Assembly (NCBI GenBank): GCA_963663165.1
Contig: OY760175.1
Coordinates: 1,088,001-1,152,000 of the forward strand
Length of the DNA: 64,000 nucleotides
Direction of reading: 5' to 3'
Source of the DNA: an uncultured Desulfospira sp.
GTDB lineage: Bacteria > Desulfobacterota > Desulfobacteria > Desulfobacterales > Desulfobacteraceae
Part shown: one piece after another, positions 43,923 to 53,551 of the stretch
Layout: each line of letters starts with the position of its first letter
Numbering within the stretch: the first letter of the stretch is position 1
The notes under the pieces: model-generated
What the model was told of the DNA's origin: nothing
What the model saw: only the letters and a program-made list of their open reading frames with translations
Databases searched by the model: none
Program-made: the position numbers and the translations under genes

Positions 43923-44159
43923 TCATTCTTTTAGATTAATTTCTTCAAGTTTCGTTTTCAATATCCGGATGATGGTTTCACATGTTTGAACACTTTTTTC
44001 CCGCCCCTTATTTTCATAATACATCTGATTGAGTTCCGTTTTCTCAATGGCCTGCTTTAGGTTTGATTTTTGTACGGTATGAGATAATTTTTCCCATAAT
44101 CTGGTTGCTTCTTTTGCCTGTGTTGCATTGGCAATGTTTATCTTCTGTGATGAGAACAC
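43923..44159 (-). CDS. Small helical hypothetical protein
   Basis: 78 aa, GAGGTG RBS ahead of a GTG start. Confidence 0.55.
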   Translation of the reverse strand: MFSSQKINIANATQAKEATRLWEKLSHTVQKSNLKQAIEKTELNQMYYENKGREKSVQTCETIIRILKTKLEEINLKE

Positions 44160-44253
44160 TTATTCACCTCTGTTTTAAATATTACATTTGCGGCTTTATC
44201 CGTAACATGTTCGGTTTTGTGTTGCAATTGTTTAAAAGCAGGAAAGCAGAAAT

Positions 44254-44389
44254 GGTCAGGTCTTGAATTATCATTTTGTTATAACGGCCACGGGTCGCTT
44301 TGGTTATCCAACCAAGAGCCGCCAGCAACAAATATTGAAAGTATTTTCAGGACCTTAGTGAGACTTTCATATAAATTCAAGACCTGGCC
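44254..44389. repeat. Family A unit (inverted) enclosed by 16-bp inverted repeats
   Basis: GGTCAGGTCTTGAATT (44254-69) / AATTCAAGACCTGGCC (44374-89) around a reverse-complement unit at 44279-44374. Confidence 0.85.
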
Positions 44390-44506
44390 CTGTTCTTTTT
44401 GACCCTGTTCTTTTCTGGGATGAATATTGAATGCTTGACCTGGGACAGATTGATGGTAAGTGTTAAGAAGATCGTCAACCCAAAGAAGCAAGGCAGAGGA
44501 AAATCT

Positions 44507-44926
44507 ATGAAGATATCAGGAAAAAAAACCGGAAAACTGGCTTTTGAAATCAAGCAGGACAGCTACACCTACACCCTTGATGCCCCGGAAAGCGTTGGCG
44601 GTGAAGGCAAAGGCCCATCGCCCAAAGGCCTTCTTTTAAGCGGTTTGATTGGATGCACCGGTATTGATGTGGCCATGATCCTCGGCAAAATGCGGGTGGA
44701 CATAACGGATATGGAAATCACTGCTCAAACCGAGCTGACAGACCAGCAGCCTTCGGTATTTAAGGAAATCACCTTATCTTACCACATCACCGGCAATGAA
44801 CAGGATGCAAAAAAAATCAAACGGGCCGTGTCCCTGTCCATGGGAACCTACTGCGGGGTCTCAGCCATGCTGGAAAAAAACAGCCGTATTATCCCTAAAA
44901 TATATCTGAACGGTAAAGAGATTTAA
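44507..44926 (+). CDS. OsmC/YhfA-family protein
   Basis: GPSPKGLLLSGLIGCTG..., YCGVSAML. Confidence 0.9.
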   Translation: MKISGKKTGKLAFEIKQDSYTYTLDAPESVGGEGKGPSPKGLLLSGLIGCTGIDVAMILGKMRVDITDMEITAQTELTDQQPSVFKEITLSYHITGNEQDAKKIKRAVSLSMGTYCGVSAMLEKNSRIIPKIYLNGKEI

Positions 44927-44993
44927 GCGGTTAGCGGAATCTATTGGCCGGCGGATCACTTGAAAGCTGGTTTTTGGGAGGGAGTAGAACATC

Positions 44994-45773
44994 ATGACGG
45001 ATGACAAACTCAAAGCCTATCGATACTTTCTAAAAGACAGTATCCGTAAAACCATTGCCTTCAGATATACCGATCAGAACCAGGAGGTTCCGGTGCCGCC
45101 CATTGAGAAACCATATGCGGATGGCGCAACCCGGATAGATCTTCCCGGTCCTGATGACTGGAAACGTATTTCCCGGACCGATATCACCCACGCCATGGGC
45201 AGCAGAAAAAGCCGCCGGGCCTATCTGGATCAACGCCTTACATTAGAGGAGCTTTCATACCTGTTGTGGTGTACCCAGGGAGTTAAAGGGAAACCTGTCC
45301 ACGGCCATGCCTACCGGAATGTGCCGTCTGCAGGCTGCCGCCATGCCCTTGAAACCTATCTGGCCGTTTTTAAAGTAGCGGGCATTGATCCCGGCGTTTA
45401 CCGGTATCTGCCCCTTTCCCATCAACTCTTATTTGAATTCAAAGATGAGATGCTTTCTGAAAAAATGATCATTGCGTCCTTAGGACAGCCTTACCCGGGC
45501 AGATCAGCGGTTACCTTCATCTGGTCGGCCATCCCCTACCGGATGGAATGGCGGTATGGCCTGGCAGCCCATAAGGTCATTGCCCTGGATGCCGGCCATG
45601 TCTGCCAGAACCTCTACCTTGCCTGCGAAGCCATTGACGCCGGGACCTGTGCCATTGCCGCCTATGATCAGGAAGAACTCGATGAACTGCTCGGCCTTGA
45701 TGGCGAAGAAGAGTTTGCCATATACCTTGCCCCGGTGGGAAAGGTCAAAAAACAGGGACCTAAAGAAAAATAA
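44994..45773 (+). CDS. SagB/ThcOx-family nitroreductase
   Basis: RKSRRAY, PSAGCRHALETY, LDAGHVCQNLYL. Confidence 0.92.
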   Translation: MTDDKLKAYRYFLKDSIRKTIAFRYTDQNQEVPVPPIEKPYADGATRIDLPGPDDWKRISRTDITHAMGSRKSRRAYLDQRLTLEELSYLLWCTQGVKGKPVHGHAYRNVPSAGCRHALETYLAVFKVAGIDPGVYRYLPLSHQLLFEFKDEMLSEKMIIASLGQPYPGRSAVTFIWSAIPYRMEWRYGLAAHKVIALDAGHVCQNLYLACEAIDAGTCAIAAYDQEELDELLGLDGEEEFAIYLAPVGKVKKQGPKEK

Positions 45774-45788
45774 ACCGCCCCCGAAACG

Positions 45789-46570
45789 CTACTCATTGGC
45801 GCAATATCCGAACAGGGCGGCAAATTTTTTCAGGTCAACCGCCGACAGGTCTGAGCATACGATGCTGATGTCCTCACCGTCCACATCCAGATCCCGGCCA
45901 AAGTCGCCCAGGATGGGGGCATCGCTGAGAAACAGGTAAGACTTGCCGACATATCGGGAGCCGTAATAGGCCGCACCGATTAAGAAATCATGGTTTCCGT
46001 CACCGTTCAGATCCCCTGTGGAAACCAGGGAAAATCCGGCATAATCGTAGCTGGCCTCCCCAAGAAAGGATGCATCAGTCTGTGAGGCGCTGATGTTCTG
46101 TTCCCACCCGGTCTCTTTTCCGTAAACAAGATAGACTTTGCCGGCATACTGGTCAGACCAGGTCGCTCCCATGAGAAAATCATCAAACCCGTCGTTGTTA
46201 ATGTCTCCGGCGCCCCTGACAGATCTTCCCAAATGGTCGTCTTCCAGCTCACCGGTATATGAGGCGATTGAGCCTGATCCCAGGCTTTCTCCCGTGGCCC
46301 ACCCTGAAGACTTCCCAAAAACGAGATAGACTTTTCCCGCCCGGTCGGCACTCTCATCATTTTCATCGGCCCCGATCAGAATATCATCAAACCCGTCGTT
46401 GTTGACATCCCCGGCAAAGACGACGCAATGGCCCGACCAGTCTTGGGTATACTCCCCGTTAAAAGTGGCGGCCGCCGCATCCAGGACAGGGGTGGCAAGT
46501 TCCCACCCCTCTTTTTTGCCAAGGATCAGGTAGGTTTTTCCCCGGCAGTCATCCCGATGATAAGGATAAA
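45789..46570 (-). pseudogene. 5'-truncated FG-GAP (integrin-like) repeat protein
   Basis: Three GD[VIL]NxDG.DD.LIGA...GK.YL repeats. The frame stays open upstream of 46232 with no start codon and runs into the palindrome at 46572. Confidence 0.75.
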
Positions 46571-46571
46571 A

Positions 46572-46652
46572 AACGGAAACCGGAGAAAAGGAAACGGGAG
46601 ACCGGATCGCGCATCCTTAGGGGTTACGAATTCCGGTTTCCCGTTTCCGGTC
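46572..46652. repeat. Heptamer-armed palindromic element (family B), copy 1
   Basis: CGGAAAC/CGGAGAA/GGGAGAC arm, CGCATCCTTAGGGG core, complementary arm; homologous to 59878-59969. Confidence 0.8.
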
Positions 46653-46667
46653 TAACGGCCTTCCAGG

Positions 46668-48298
46668 TTATACCATTTCCCTCAAGGTCCGGGCCGCATC
46701 GTTCAGGGTCTGAATCCCGGCCTTGACCTGGCCGATCCCCGATGTGGTTTCCTTTGCCCCCTGGTTCAGGGTCCCCATGGCGTCAACCACCTGTTTTACG
46801 GCAATGGCCTGCTGCTGTACATTTAATGAAATCTGTCTGGTGTTCCGGGCCGCTTCATTGATGGCCACACGGACATTATCAAAGGTTTCAGATGTGGCTT
46901 TGGCCAGTGCCGCCCCCGGTCCACATTTTTGATGCCCTCTTCCGTGGCCATGACCGTGGCATTGGTGACTTTCTGGATCTCTGCCACCAGGGTATTGATC
47001 CGTTCTGCCGACTGTTTGCTTTCATCAGCAAGCTTTCGGATTTCAACAGATAAAACCGAAAACCCCTTGCCGTGTTCTCCTGCGCGGACCGCTTCCACGG
47101 CCGCGTTCATGGCGAGCATTTTGGTTTCCTTGGCAAAATCCGATACCAGGTTGGTGATGTCTCCGATTTTTCCGGTCTGCTCGGATAAATGGCGGATCTG
47201 TTTGGCAATGTCATCCACCTTTTCTTTGAGTGTGGTCATGCCAAGGACCATGTCCTCCATTTTTCTTCGGCCTTCCTCGGACAGATCAAGGACCTGCTCG
47301 GTTCCGGCTGCGGCAGATTCGGCCTGTCTAGCGGACAGTTTGCTTGAGGTGCCAAGCTCTTCCATGGTGGTACTGGTTTCCTGGACCGCACTGGCCTGCT
47401 GCCGGGCCACGGATTCCTGCTGGGCAACCGAAGTGGTAATCTGGGCCGAAGAAGAGGATAAGACACCAATCACCTGATTTAGCGGAAGGCTGATGGAACG
47501 GGCAAGATAAGCACCCACTGCCAGCACGGCAATCACACCGATCACCCCGAATATCATCATGGCCCTTTTGAGTTTAAAAAAGGCGTCAAAGGCCTCATCC
47601 TGGTCAATGGCCGTCACAATGGCCCACCTGATGCCCAGTGTATCAATGGATGAGAAACCGGCCAGAACCGGAACCCCCCGGTAATCTGCGGTTAATTTCA
47701 CCCCGCTTTCCCCCTGCAGGGCCTGGTGGACCATTGGATTATCATAAGACAGGGTGCCGATGGCGGTTTGCCGTTTTAAGGCTTTTTCAAAGGTATCCGG
47801 GGCGACCCCCATCTTTAAAAGCTGTTTTTTCAGCACCTCTGGTTCCTGGGAAAGATGCCTTGAGTTGGAGCGAAATTTCAAGTCAGGGCCGATCAGCACA
47901 CTGTCCCCGCTTTTTCCCAACCCGACCCTTTCCCATTGATGATTATTGGTCATGATATGGTTAATCCGGTCAACGGACAGCTGGAATGCAAGGACGCCTG
48001 TAACCCCTTTTTTATTAAAGACAGGCGCGGCGATAAACGCTGCCTCCTGGTTAAATGACGGCGGATAAGGGGCAAAGTCGGAAAAAAATACGTTGGGTTT
48101 TTCGGCGGCCAGGGCCTTTTGGACCACGCCAGCTAAGCCGGTATCGGCATAGGGACCGGTGAGCAGGCTGCTGGGTCACATCTTCCTGTTGGTTGGAAAA
48201 ACTCATGTACCCTCTTTCTTCATACTGTTTAAAAGCTACGGAAAACCGGAGCATGGCGTCTCGGATCATGGTACTCCGGGCCTGGGTTGAGACCTGGC
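46668..48298 (-). pseudogene. Methyl-accepting chemotaxis protein pseudogene
   Basis: Cache-type sensor remnant, one TM, LAMNAAVEAVRAGEHGKGF. Frameshift at C5 tract 46913-46917, frame break near 48175, N-terminus missing. Confidence 0.85.
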
Positions 48299-48303
48299 TT
48301 TTT

Positions 48304-48481
48304 TTTGTTGTGGGCGGTTCTTGGTTGGATAACCAAGGCGGCCCGTGGCCGTTTATAAGAAACTGGAGACAAGAAACAAGAGACAAGAGGGCGAAGCACC
48401 TGCGGTGCCCAATTTATAGCCTGCCGTTGCTGGTATCTTCAGTTTCATTATTCGTTGTGGGCTTGTGGCCCGTGGCCGTTA
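48304..48481. repeat. Composite repeat: family A core, MITE-interior-like fragment, internally deleted family A core
   Basis: Core at 48304-48357; 48359-48420 resembles the MITE interior at about 57993-58047; 48454-48481 GTTGTGGGC..GCCCGTGGCCGTTA. Confidence 0.8.
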
Positions 48482-48773
48482 GCCGAAAACACTTCATGAA
48501 TTAAGGGCCTAAGCCGCTGCTGATTTTTCGCATGGCCTTAAGGCCCCAGAGCGTGAATTCTTAGAGAAAATATTTGAACATCGCGATATGAAAGATAACC
48601 GTTTGAATTTCAGATGAATTCTGGCCTATTTTTATCATAAAAATGCCCGGCAGGACAATTGATTTCTCAAAAAATATAACCCGGGTCAGGTTTAATTTGT
48701 ATCCGGCAAAGGCTGATGATAAATTGCATTGCAGATGCCAATACAACATTATGCAAAGGAGCAAGTCAGGCCG

Positions 48774-49271
48774 ATGGAAGAAAACACAAGCACATATGGA
48801 TGGAACGCCTCAATGGGCATCAGCCTCTATAATAAAATCCGGCAGGATATGAAAACGTCCATGCTGAAAAAGGATACTGCCGTGCGGGATACCATGCGGC
48901 TGATCATGGGGGCGTTCCCCGAAATCACGGTACCCATCACCCTTGAGAGCGGGAAAAAATCCACCCGGGCCAAAACCCCTGATGAGATTACGGATGAAGA
49001 TATCCATAACATTATCCGAAAATTTGTTAAATCGGAAAGAACCGTTCTGGAAATAAAAAAAGAGGCCTCTTCCGATTATCTTGAACTTTTAGAATCCTAT
49101 CTTCCCAAAATGGCTACAACTGAGGAAATTGAAGCCTGGATCAAAGGCCATGTGGACTTTTCCACCATAAAAAGCCCCATGCAGGCCATGGGGCAGGTGA
49201 TGAAACATTTTGGGAAACAGGCCGACGGGAACCAGGTAAAGGCCATTCTTCAGGGGATGACCGGGGATTAG
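48774..49271 (+). CDS. GatB/YqeY-domain protein
   Basis: IRQDMKTSML, LESYLPK, MGQVMK...ADG..VK. Confidence 0.85.
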   Translation: MEENTSTYGWNASMGISLYNKIRQDMKTSMLKKDTAVRDTMRLIMGAFPEITVPITLESGKKSTRAKTPDEITDEDIHNIIRKFVKSERTVLEIKKEASSDYLELLESYLPKMATTEEIEAWIKGHVDFSTIKSPMQAMGQVMKHFGKQADGNQVKAILQGMTGD

Positions 49272-50119
49272 ACCCACAGGGTCCCGGCATAACAGCTTTC
49301 CTTAAGGTCTACCCGGGTCCGGCCCAGGGCTTTGCCCCCCCATGTCATGGCAAGCTCATAAGTGCCGCCGTTTTTGGGCAGGCCTGAAAAGCGATAGTCC
49401 CCGAAAGCGTTGGTTTCCATGCCGGCGATTTTAACCCCGTTTTTGAGCAGGTCCACGGTGACGCCTTCAACACATTCCTCAACCGCTCCTTTGCCGGCGG
49501 CCACGCTGCCGGCAATAAAACAGGTATTAAACCGCTGCAAATGTTTATAAAGGACCACCGGTGTCCCGGCGGCCGGTCCAGGGGTCTTCCCGTCAATGGT
49601 TTCAAGGCCGTCTGACCGGATATGGGCTTCACGTTCTTCTTCGGTCATCTTCTGAAAACTCAAGGCCCCGGTGGGACAGGCCTGGACACACCGGGGCGCT
49701 TCCCAGCCCTGGTCCAGAAGATGGGCGCACAGGGTACATTTTTGGGGGGTTTGATTGTCCTCGTTCCAGAAGATGGCGCCGTGGGGACAGGCCGACACCA
49801 GGTCTTTCCGGCCCTTTGCCTTTTCAGGGTCAATGATGACAATACCGTCGGGCCGCCTGTAAATTTCATTGTTGGACGCCTTTTGAATGCAGGGGGCATC
49901 GGCACAGTGTAAACACGGCTTTGGCAGGTAAGCCACATTGATATGGGGGAATGTTCCTTGTTCCTTTCTTAAGATGTTCATCCACCGGTGGCCGTGCCGG
50001 GGCTGGGCCAGGGCATAGGGCGGCCAGTCATTGTCATAATGCTCGTCTTTGCAGGAAAGAAAGCAGTTGTTGCAGTTGATGCATTTTTCAAGGTCTATGG
50101 TCATCTGGTATTTTTTCAT
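49268..50119 (-). CDS. Transhydroxylase-type Fe-S small subunit
   Basis: CINCNNCFLSC, CLHCADAPC, degenerate AKGRKDLVSACP, CTLC..CVQACP. Confidence 0.93.
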   Translation of the reverse strand: MKKYQMTIDLEKCINCNNCFLSCKDEHYDNDWPPYALAQPRHGHRWMNILRKEQGTFPHINVAYLPKPCLHCADAPCIQKASNNEIYRRPDGIVIIDPEKAKGRKDLVSACPHGAIFWNEDNQTPQKCTLCAHLLDQGWEAPRCVQACPTGALSFQKMTEEEREAHIRSDGLETIDGKTPGPAAGTPVVLYKHLQRFNTCFIAGSVAAGKGAVEECVEGVTVDLLKNGVKIAGMETNAFGDYRFSGLPKNGGTYELAMTWGGKALGRTRVDLKESCYAGTLWV

Positions 50120-50135
50120 TGGGGAATCTCCTGTA

Positions 50136-50241
50136 TAAGCTGTTAGCTTTTAGCTGTTAGCTGTTAGCTTTTAGCCGTTAGCTTTTAGCTGTTAGCGGTC
50201 TCCGGCCACCGGTCTCCGGTCTCCTTTCTTCCGGTCTCCTC
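50136..50241. repeat. Nine TTAGCTK heptamers followed by TCTCCGG heptamers
   Basis: Direct reading; overlaps the 3' end of the large-subunit gene. Confidence 0.9.
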
Positions 50242-53229
50242 CCATTTGCCTACTTGAACCAGGCAGGAGTTGGGGGCACTGGAGTGGGATTTCTTAATAA
50301 TGTGCCGGTCCGGGGTCAGCAGGTTGATGCATCCGCCCCGGTCCGGGGAGTTTCCAGGTTCGCCCAAAGGCTCGTACCGGGCTGATCCCTCATAGGAGTG
50401 AACCACCCCCGGCGGAATCCGCTGGGTAACCTGGGCCGCACAGATCACGCTTCCCCGGTCATTGAACACCTCGACCAGGTCAAGATTGCTGATCCCCCGG
50501 CCCCCGGCATCCACCGGATTGATCCGGATGATCCAGTAGTCGTGGCCGCCGATTTGAACCCGGTGATCTTTGACATCGTTCATGAACCCGTCCTTGGCAT
50601 CAAACATGGTATGAAAGCTGTACCGCGGATGGGGGGAAATCATCTGCAAGGGATATTTTTCCTTTAACTGCGTGCTGTTGTACCCTTCCCAGGACGGGAT
50701 GTATTTGGAGATCAGGGGCCGCTCCGGGTCGTCCGGGGCAAACCGCTTTAAGCTTGAGGATTCAAATTCGAGTTTTCCGGACTGGGTCTGGAGCCCTGAG
50801 CGCCATTTCCGGGTATAATCCCCAGGCAAGGGGGCGGGTTCAGGCACATCTTTTTTGGTCCCGTTGGCAAACCAGCGAAAGGAGACCGGCGCCTTTAAGG
50901 GGTCTGCCGGGGGCGGCACCACATAGTACCCTTTTTTGATAAAGGCGTTCCATGAGATCACCCTTGGCAGGTCACTGGCATCAAAAAGCCGTCTGCACCA
51001 CTCAATCTCGGTACACCCTTCGGAAAACGGGGCCCCAATCCCTAAGCGCTGGGCAAGTTCCAGGAAAATCTGGTAATCGGACTTGGATTCACCCAAAGGC
51101 TCAATGCACTTGTGCTGAAAGGTGATGATCCGGTGATTCCACTGTGAGAACTGGTGATGGCCGTACCCGCCGGAGTTGGCGGTCTCACCGATGTCCCACC
51201 GTTCAAAGTTGGTACAGGCCGGCAGGATGATATCGGCAAACCTGGTTTCCCCTTCAAACCAGATGGACTGGTTGACCACAAACTCAAGATTATCGCTGCG
51301 GTAGGCGTTGACATACCGGTTGGAAGACGGCATGGTCCCAAAGTGGGAGCCGCCGTATTTATAGTACATTTTAACCGGTGAATGTCCCGGGGCCGGATAG
51401 GTAAATTTTTTAAACTGGCCTTCAATGGTTTTGGGGTCGGTCAGATACCCTTCGCAGGTGCCGTTCAAAAAGACTTCGGGAATCCGGAGCCGCGGAACAA
51501 GCTGGCCCACGGTATTCATGGTGGGCAGCTGGGGCATTTTCTGGTACATGTTGATTCTAAGGCCGGTGTTGTCAAGGTCGCCGGAAAGCCCCCCTTCTGC
51601 GTACCCGGGAAAATAAAAATGAATATCCACCGGGGCGCCCTGCTGTAATCCCCCCATGTTGATGCCGGGATTGCCCAGGCCCTGCATGGCCATCAGGCAG
51701 ACCATGGACCTTGCCCATTCAATGCCCGTGGCGCTTCGGCAGGCCCCGCCAAACCCGGCGGCCCCGCCGGCGGCCAGATAGGTTTTCTTTTTTCCCCATT
51801 CCCGGGCCAGGGCCCTGACATCTTTGGCCGGGACACCGGTTTCTTTTTCCTGCCATTCGCAAGTTTTTGGCGTCCCATCGTCCCGGCCCAGGACATACGC
51901 TTTCCACAGGTCAAACCCAACGGTCCGTTCAGCCACATAGGATTTATCGTACAGGTCTTCGGTGATCCAGACATGGGCAATGGCAAGGCTCATGGCATTG
52001 CCGGTATCGGGCCTCGGGGCCAGCCATTTTCCCCCTAACAGGGCGGCCGTATGGTTATAATAAGGATCAATGTGGACCATTTTAATGCCGATTTCTTTGG
52101 CCCACATCCGCCGGATGGTTCCTTCAAAGGCACCGTACACCCCGTTGGTGGCCTCGGGATCACTGGACCAGAACACGATGAGTTCACACGCTTTTAAGCA
52201 GTCCTCAACCGTGCCGTAGGTGTCGTGTCCGCCGTTTCTCATGCTGTTGCCCCAGTGGTGCATGGCCCCCCAGTACCAGCCTTCCCAGGAGTCCGGATTA
52301 TGGACCACCGGGGTATACCCGATGGAGTTCATGAACCGGGTCCGGGTGCTGAGCCAGTACCCTAAATTTCCCCAGGTGTGGTGGGAGCCCGAGCCGTTCA
52401 TGATGGCCCCGGGACCATAGGTTTCTTTCATCCGCTGGATTTCATGGGCCACCATGTCCAGGGCCTCATCCCAGGAAATCCGTTCGTAGCCTGAAATCCC
52501 GCGGTTCTGGGGGTTTCTCTCCCCCCTGAGGTCGAAATCCACCCGTTTCATGGGATAAAGCAGCCGGTCAGGGGAGTAAATCAGCGACCGCAAGGCCATA
52601 ACATAGGGGGATACACTACCCTTTCTGGGCGGGGTAAAGGTTTTGCCCCGGGCTTTGATCTGCCAGGAGGGGGAATCAGTATCATCAAATTCAATGGGGG
52701 TAATCCGGATAATTTTTTTGTCTTTCACATAGACAAACACGGGGCCGCCGTTGGTGTTGCTGGTGTAGCGCGTCACACCGTCTTTAAGATGGATCCCGTA
52801 ATCTTTGGGCCTGTCAAAGGACTTTAAGCGATTGAGCAGCTGCATGAAGGCAATAACATGTTTATCTTCCCCGTCAACATCAATCCAGAAATTTTTCATG
52901 GCATGGATCTGGGCCAGGTGATCCGAATGTTTGACCATCAGTTCCACAGCGGTGGCAGCGTTTATAAAATCAAGGGTCACATCAGCCGGGGCGGATATAC
53001 TCTTTTTGGACGTCATTTTTCCTTTGGCAAATTGAAAGGTTCGTCCCACGGATTCTTTTTTGGCCCTGATCCGGGCCGTAAAATCAAGGGATTTTATATG
53101 GGCGTCAAAATCCTTGTCCAGAAAAGGGCGGACCAGAAACATAAGCTTTAAACCGGTCAACATCATCACAAACAAGGGAACGCCAAAAAATTGCAGCAGG
53201 GTATGAAAACTTCTTTGAGGTGTCAGCAT
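50185..53229 (-). CDS. Transhydroxylase-like Mo enzyme large subunit with N-terminal SCP2-like extension
   Basis: About 150-aa extension, then [35 protein letters not shown]. Start MLTPQ after AAGGAG. Confidence 0.92.
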   Translation of the reverse strand: MLTPQRSFHTLLQFFGVPLFVMMLTGLKLMFLVRPFLDKDFDAHIKSLDFTARIRAKKESVGRTFQFAKGKMTSKKSISAPADVTLDFINAATAVELMVKHSDHLAQIHAMKNFWIDVDGEDKHVIAFMQLLNRLKSFDRPKDYGIHLKDGVTRYTSNTNGGPVFVYVKDKKIIRITPIEFDDTDSPSWQIKARGKTFTPPRKGSVSPYVMALRSLIYSPDRLLYPMKRVDFDLRGERNPQNRGISGYERISWDEALDMVAHEIQRMKETYGPGAIMNGSGSHHTWGNLGYWLSTRTRFMNSIGYTPVVHNPDSWEGWYWGAMHHWGNSMRNGGHDTYGTVEDCLKACELIVFWSSDPEATNGVYGAFEGTIRRMWAKEIGIKMVHIDPYYNHTAALLGGKWLAPRPDTGNAMSLAIAHVWITEDLYDKSYVAERTVGFDLWKAYVLGRDDGTPKTCEWQEKETGVPAKDVRALAREWGKKKTYLAAGGAAGFGGACRSATGIEWARSMVCLMAMQGLGNPGINMGGLQQGAPVDIHFYFPGYAEGGLSGDLDNTGLRINMYQKMPQLPTMNTVGQLVPRLRIPEVFLNGTCEGYLTDPKTIEGQFKKFTYPAPGHSPVKMYYKYGGSHFGTMPSSNRYVNAYRSDNLEFVVNQSIWFEGETRFADIILPACTNFERWDIGETANSGGYGHHQFSQWNHRIITFQHKCIEPLGESKSDYQIFLELAQRLGIGAPFSEGCTEIEWCRRLFDASDLPRVISWNAFIKKGYYVVPPPADPLKAPVSFRWFANGTKKDVPEPAPLPGDYTRKWRSGLQTQSGKLEFESSSLKRFAPDDPERPLISKYIPSWEGYNSTQLKEKYPLQMISPHPRYSFHTMFDAKDGFMNDVKDHRVQIGGHDYWIIRINPVDAGGRGISNLDLVEVFNDRGSVICAAQVTQRIPPGVVHSYEGSARYEPLGEPGNSPDRGGCINLLTPDRHIIKKSHSSAPNSCLVQVGKWEETGRKETGDRWPETANS

Positions 53230-53341
53230 AGGCAGGGTCTCCTTTGTATATTGTGTTTCACCAGCTCCATGGAGCCACCTGAACACGGGGTTATGCGTGG
53301 GGACTGTATTTAAATTACCAGCCCCTCTGCCTTATGAAATT

Positions 53342-53357
53342 AGCAAAAGCCATTCCA
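53342..53357 (-). promoter_or_regulatory. Sigma54 -24/-12 promoter candidate
   Basis: Minus-strand TGGAAT-GGCTT-TTGCT (GG-N10-GC), next to a divergent sigma54 activator gene. Confidence 0.7.
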
Positions 53358-53551
53358 GCTGAAGCCCTTTTTTCGTTTTTTTCACCGGACATACGGGCTG
53401 ATAAATAAGGAATCCCCGTATCTTCAAAGGCTTGCCATGGGGTAAGATTAGGAGTAGAGTAAATCTTGTAAAAATCTCGTTGCTGTTAATTACCAAATAT
53501 GGTTATTTCTATTGCCAAATAAGAAGACCTGATCCTTATCGGTCTCCATAT

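Noticed and set aside
44994..45773. RiPP (azole) biosynthetic cluster
   Set aside because: The SagB-like gene stands alone; no YcaO, precursor peptide or transporter.
48170..48180. Selenocysteine or readthrough TGA in the MCP
   Set aside because: It coincides with a frame change and missing sequence, consistent with deletion.
42121..48481. Integron attC sites/cassettes
   Set aside because: Ends resemble GTTRRRY, but there is no consistent complementary RYYYAAC box, orientations are mixed, no cassette ORFs follow and no intI is present.
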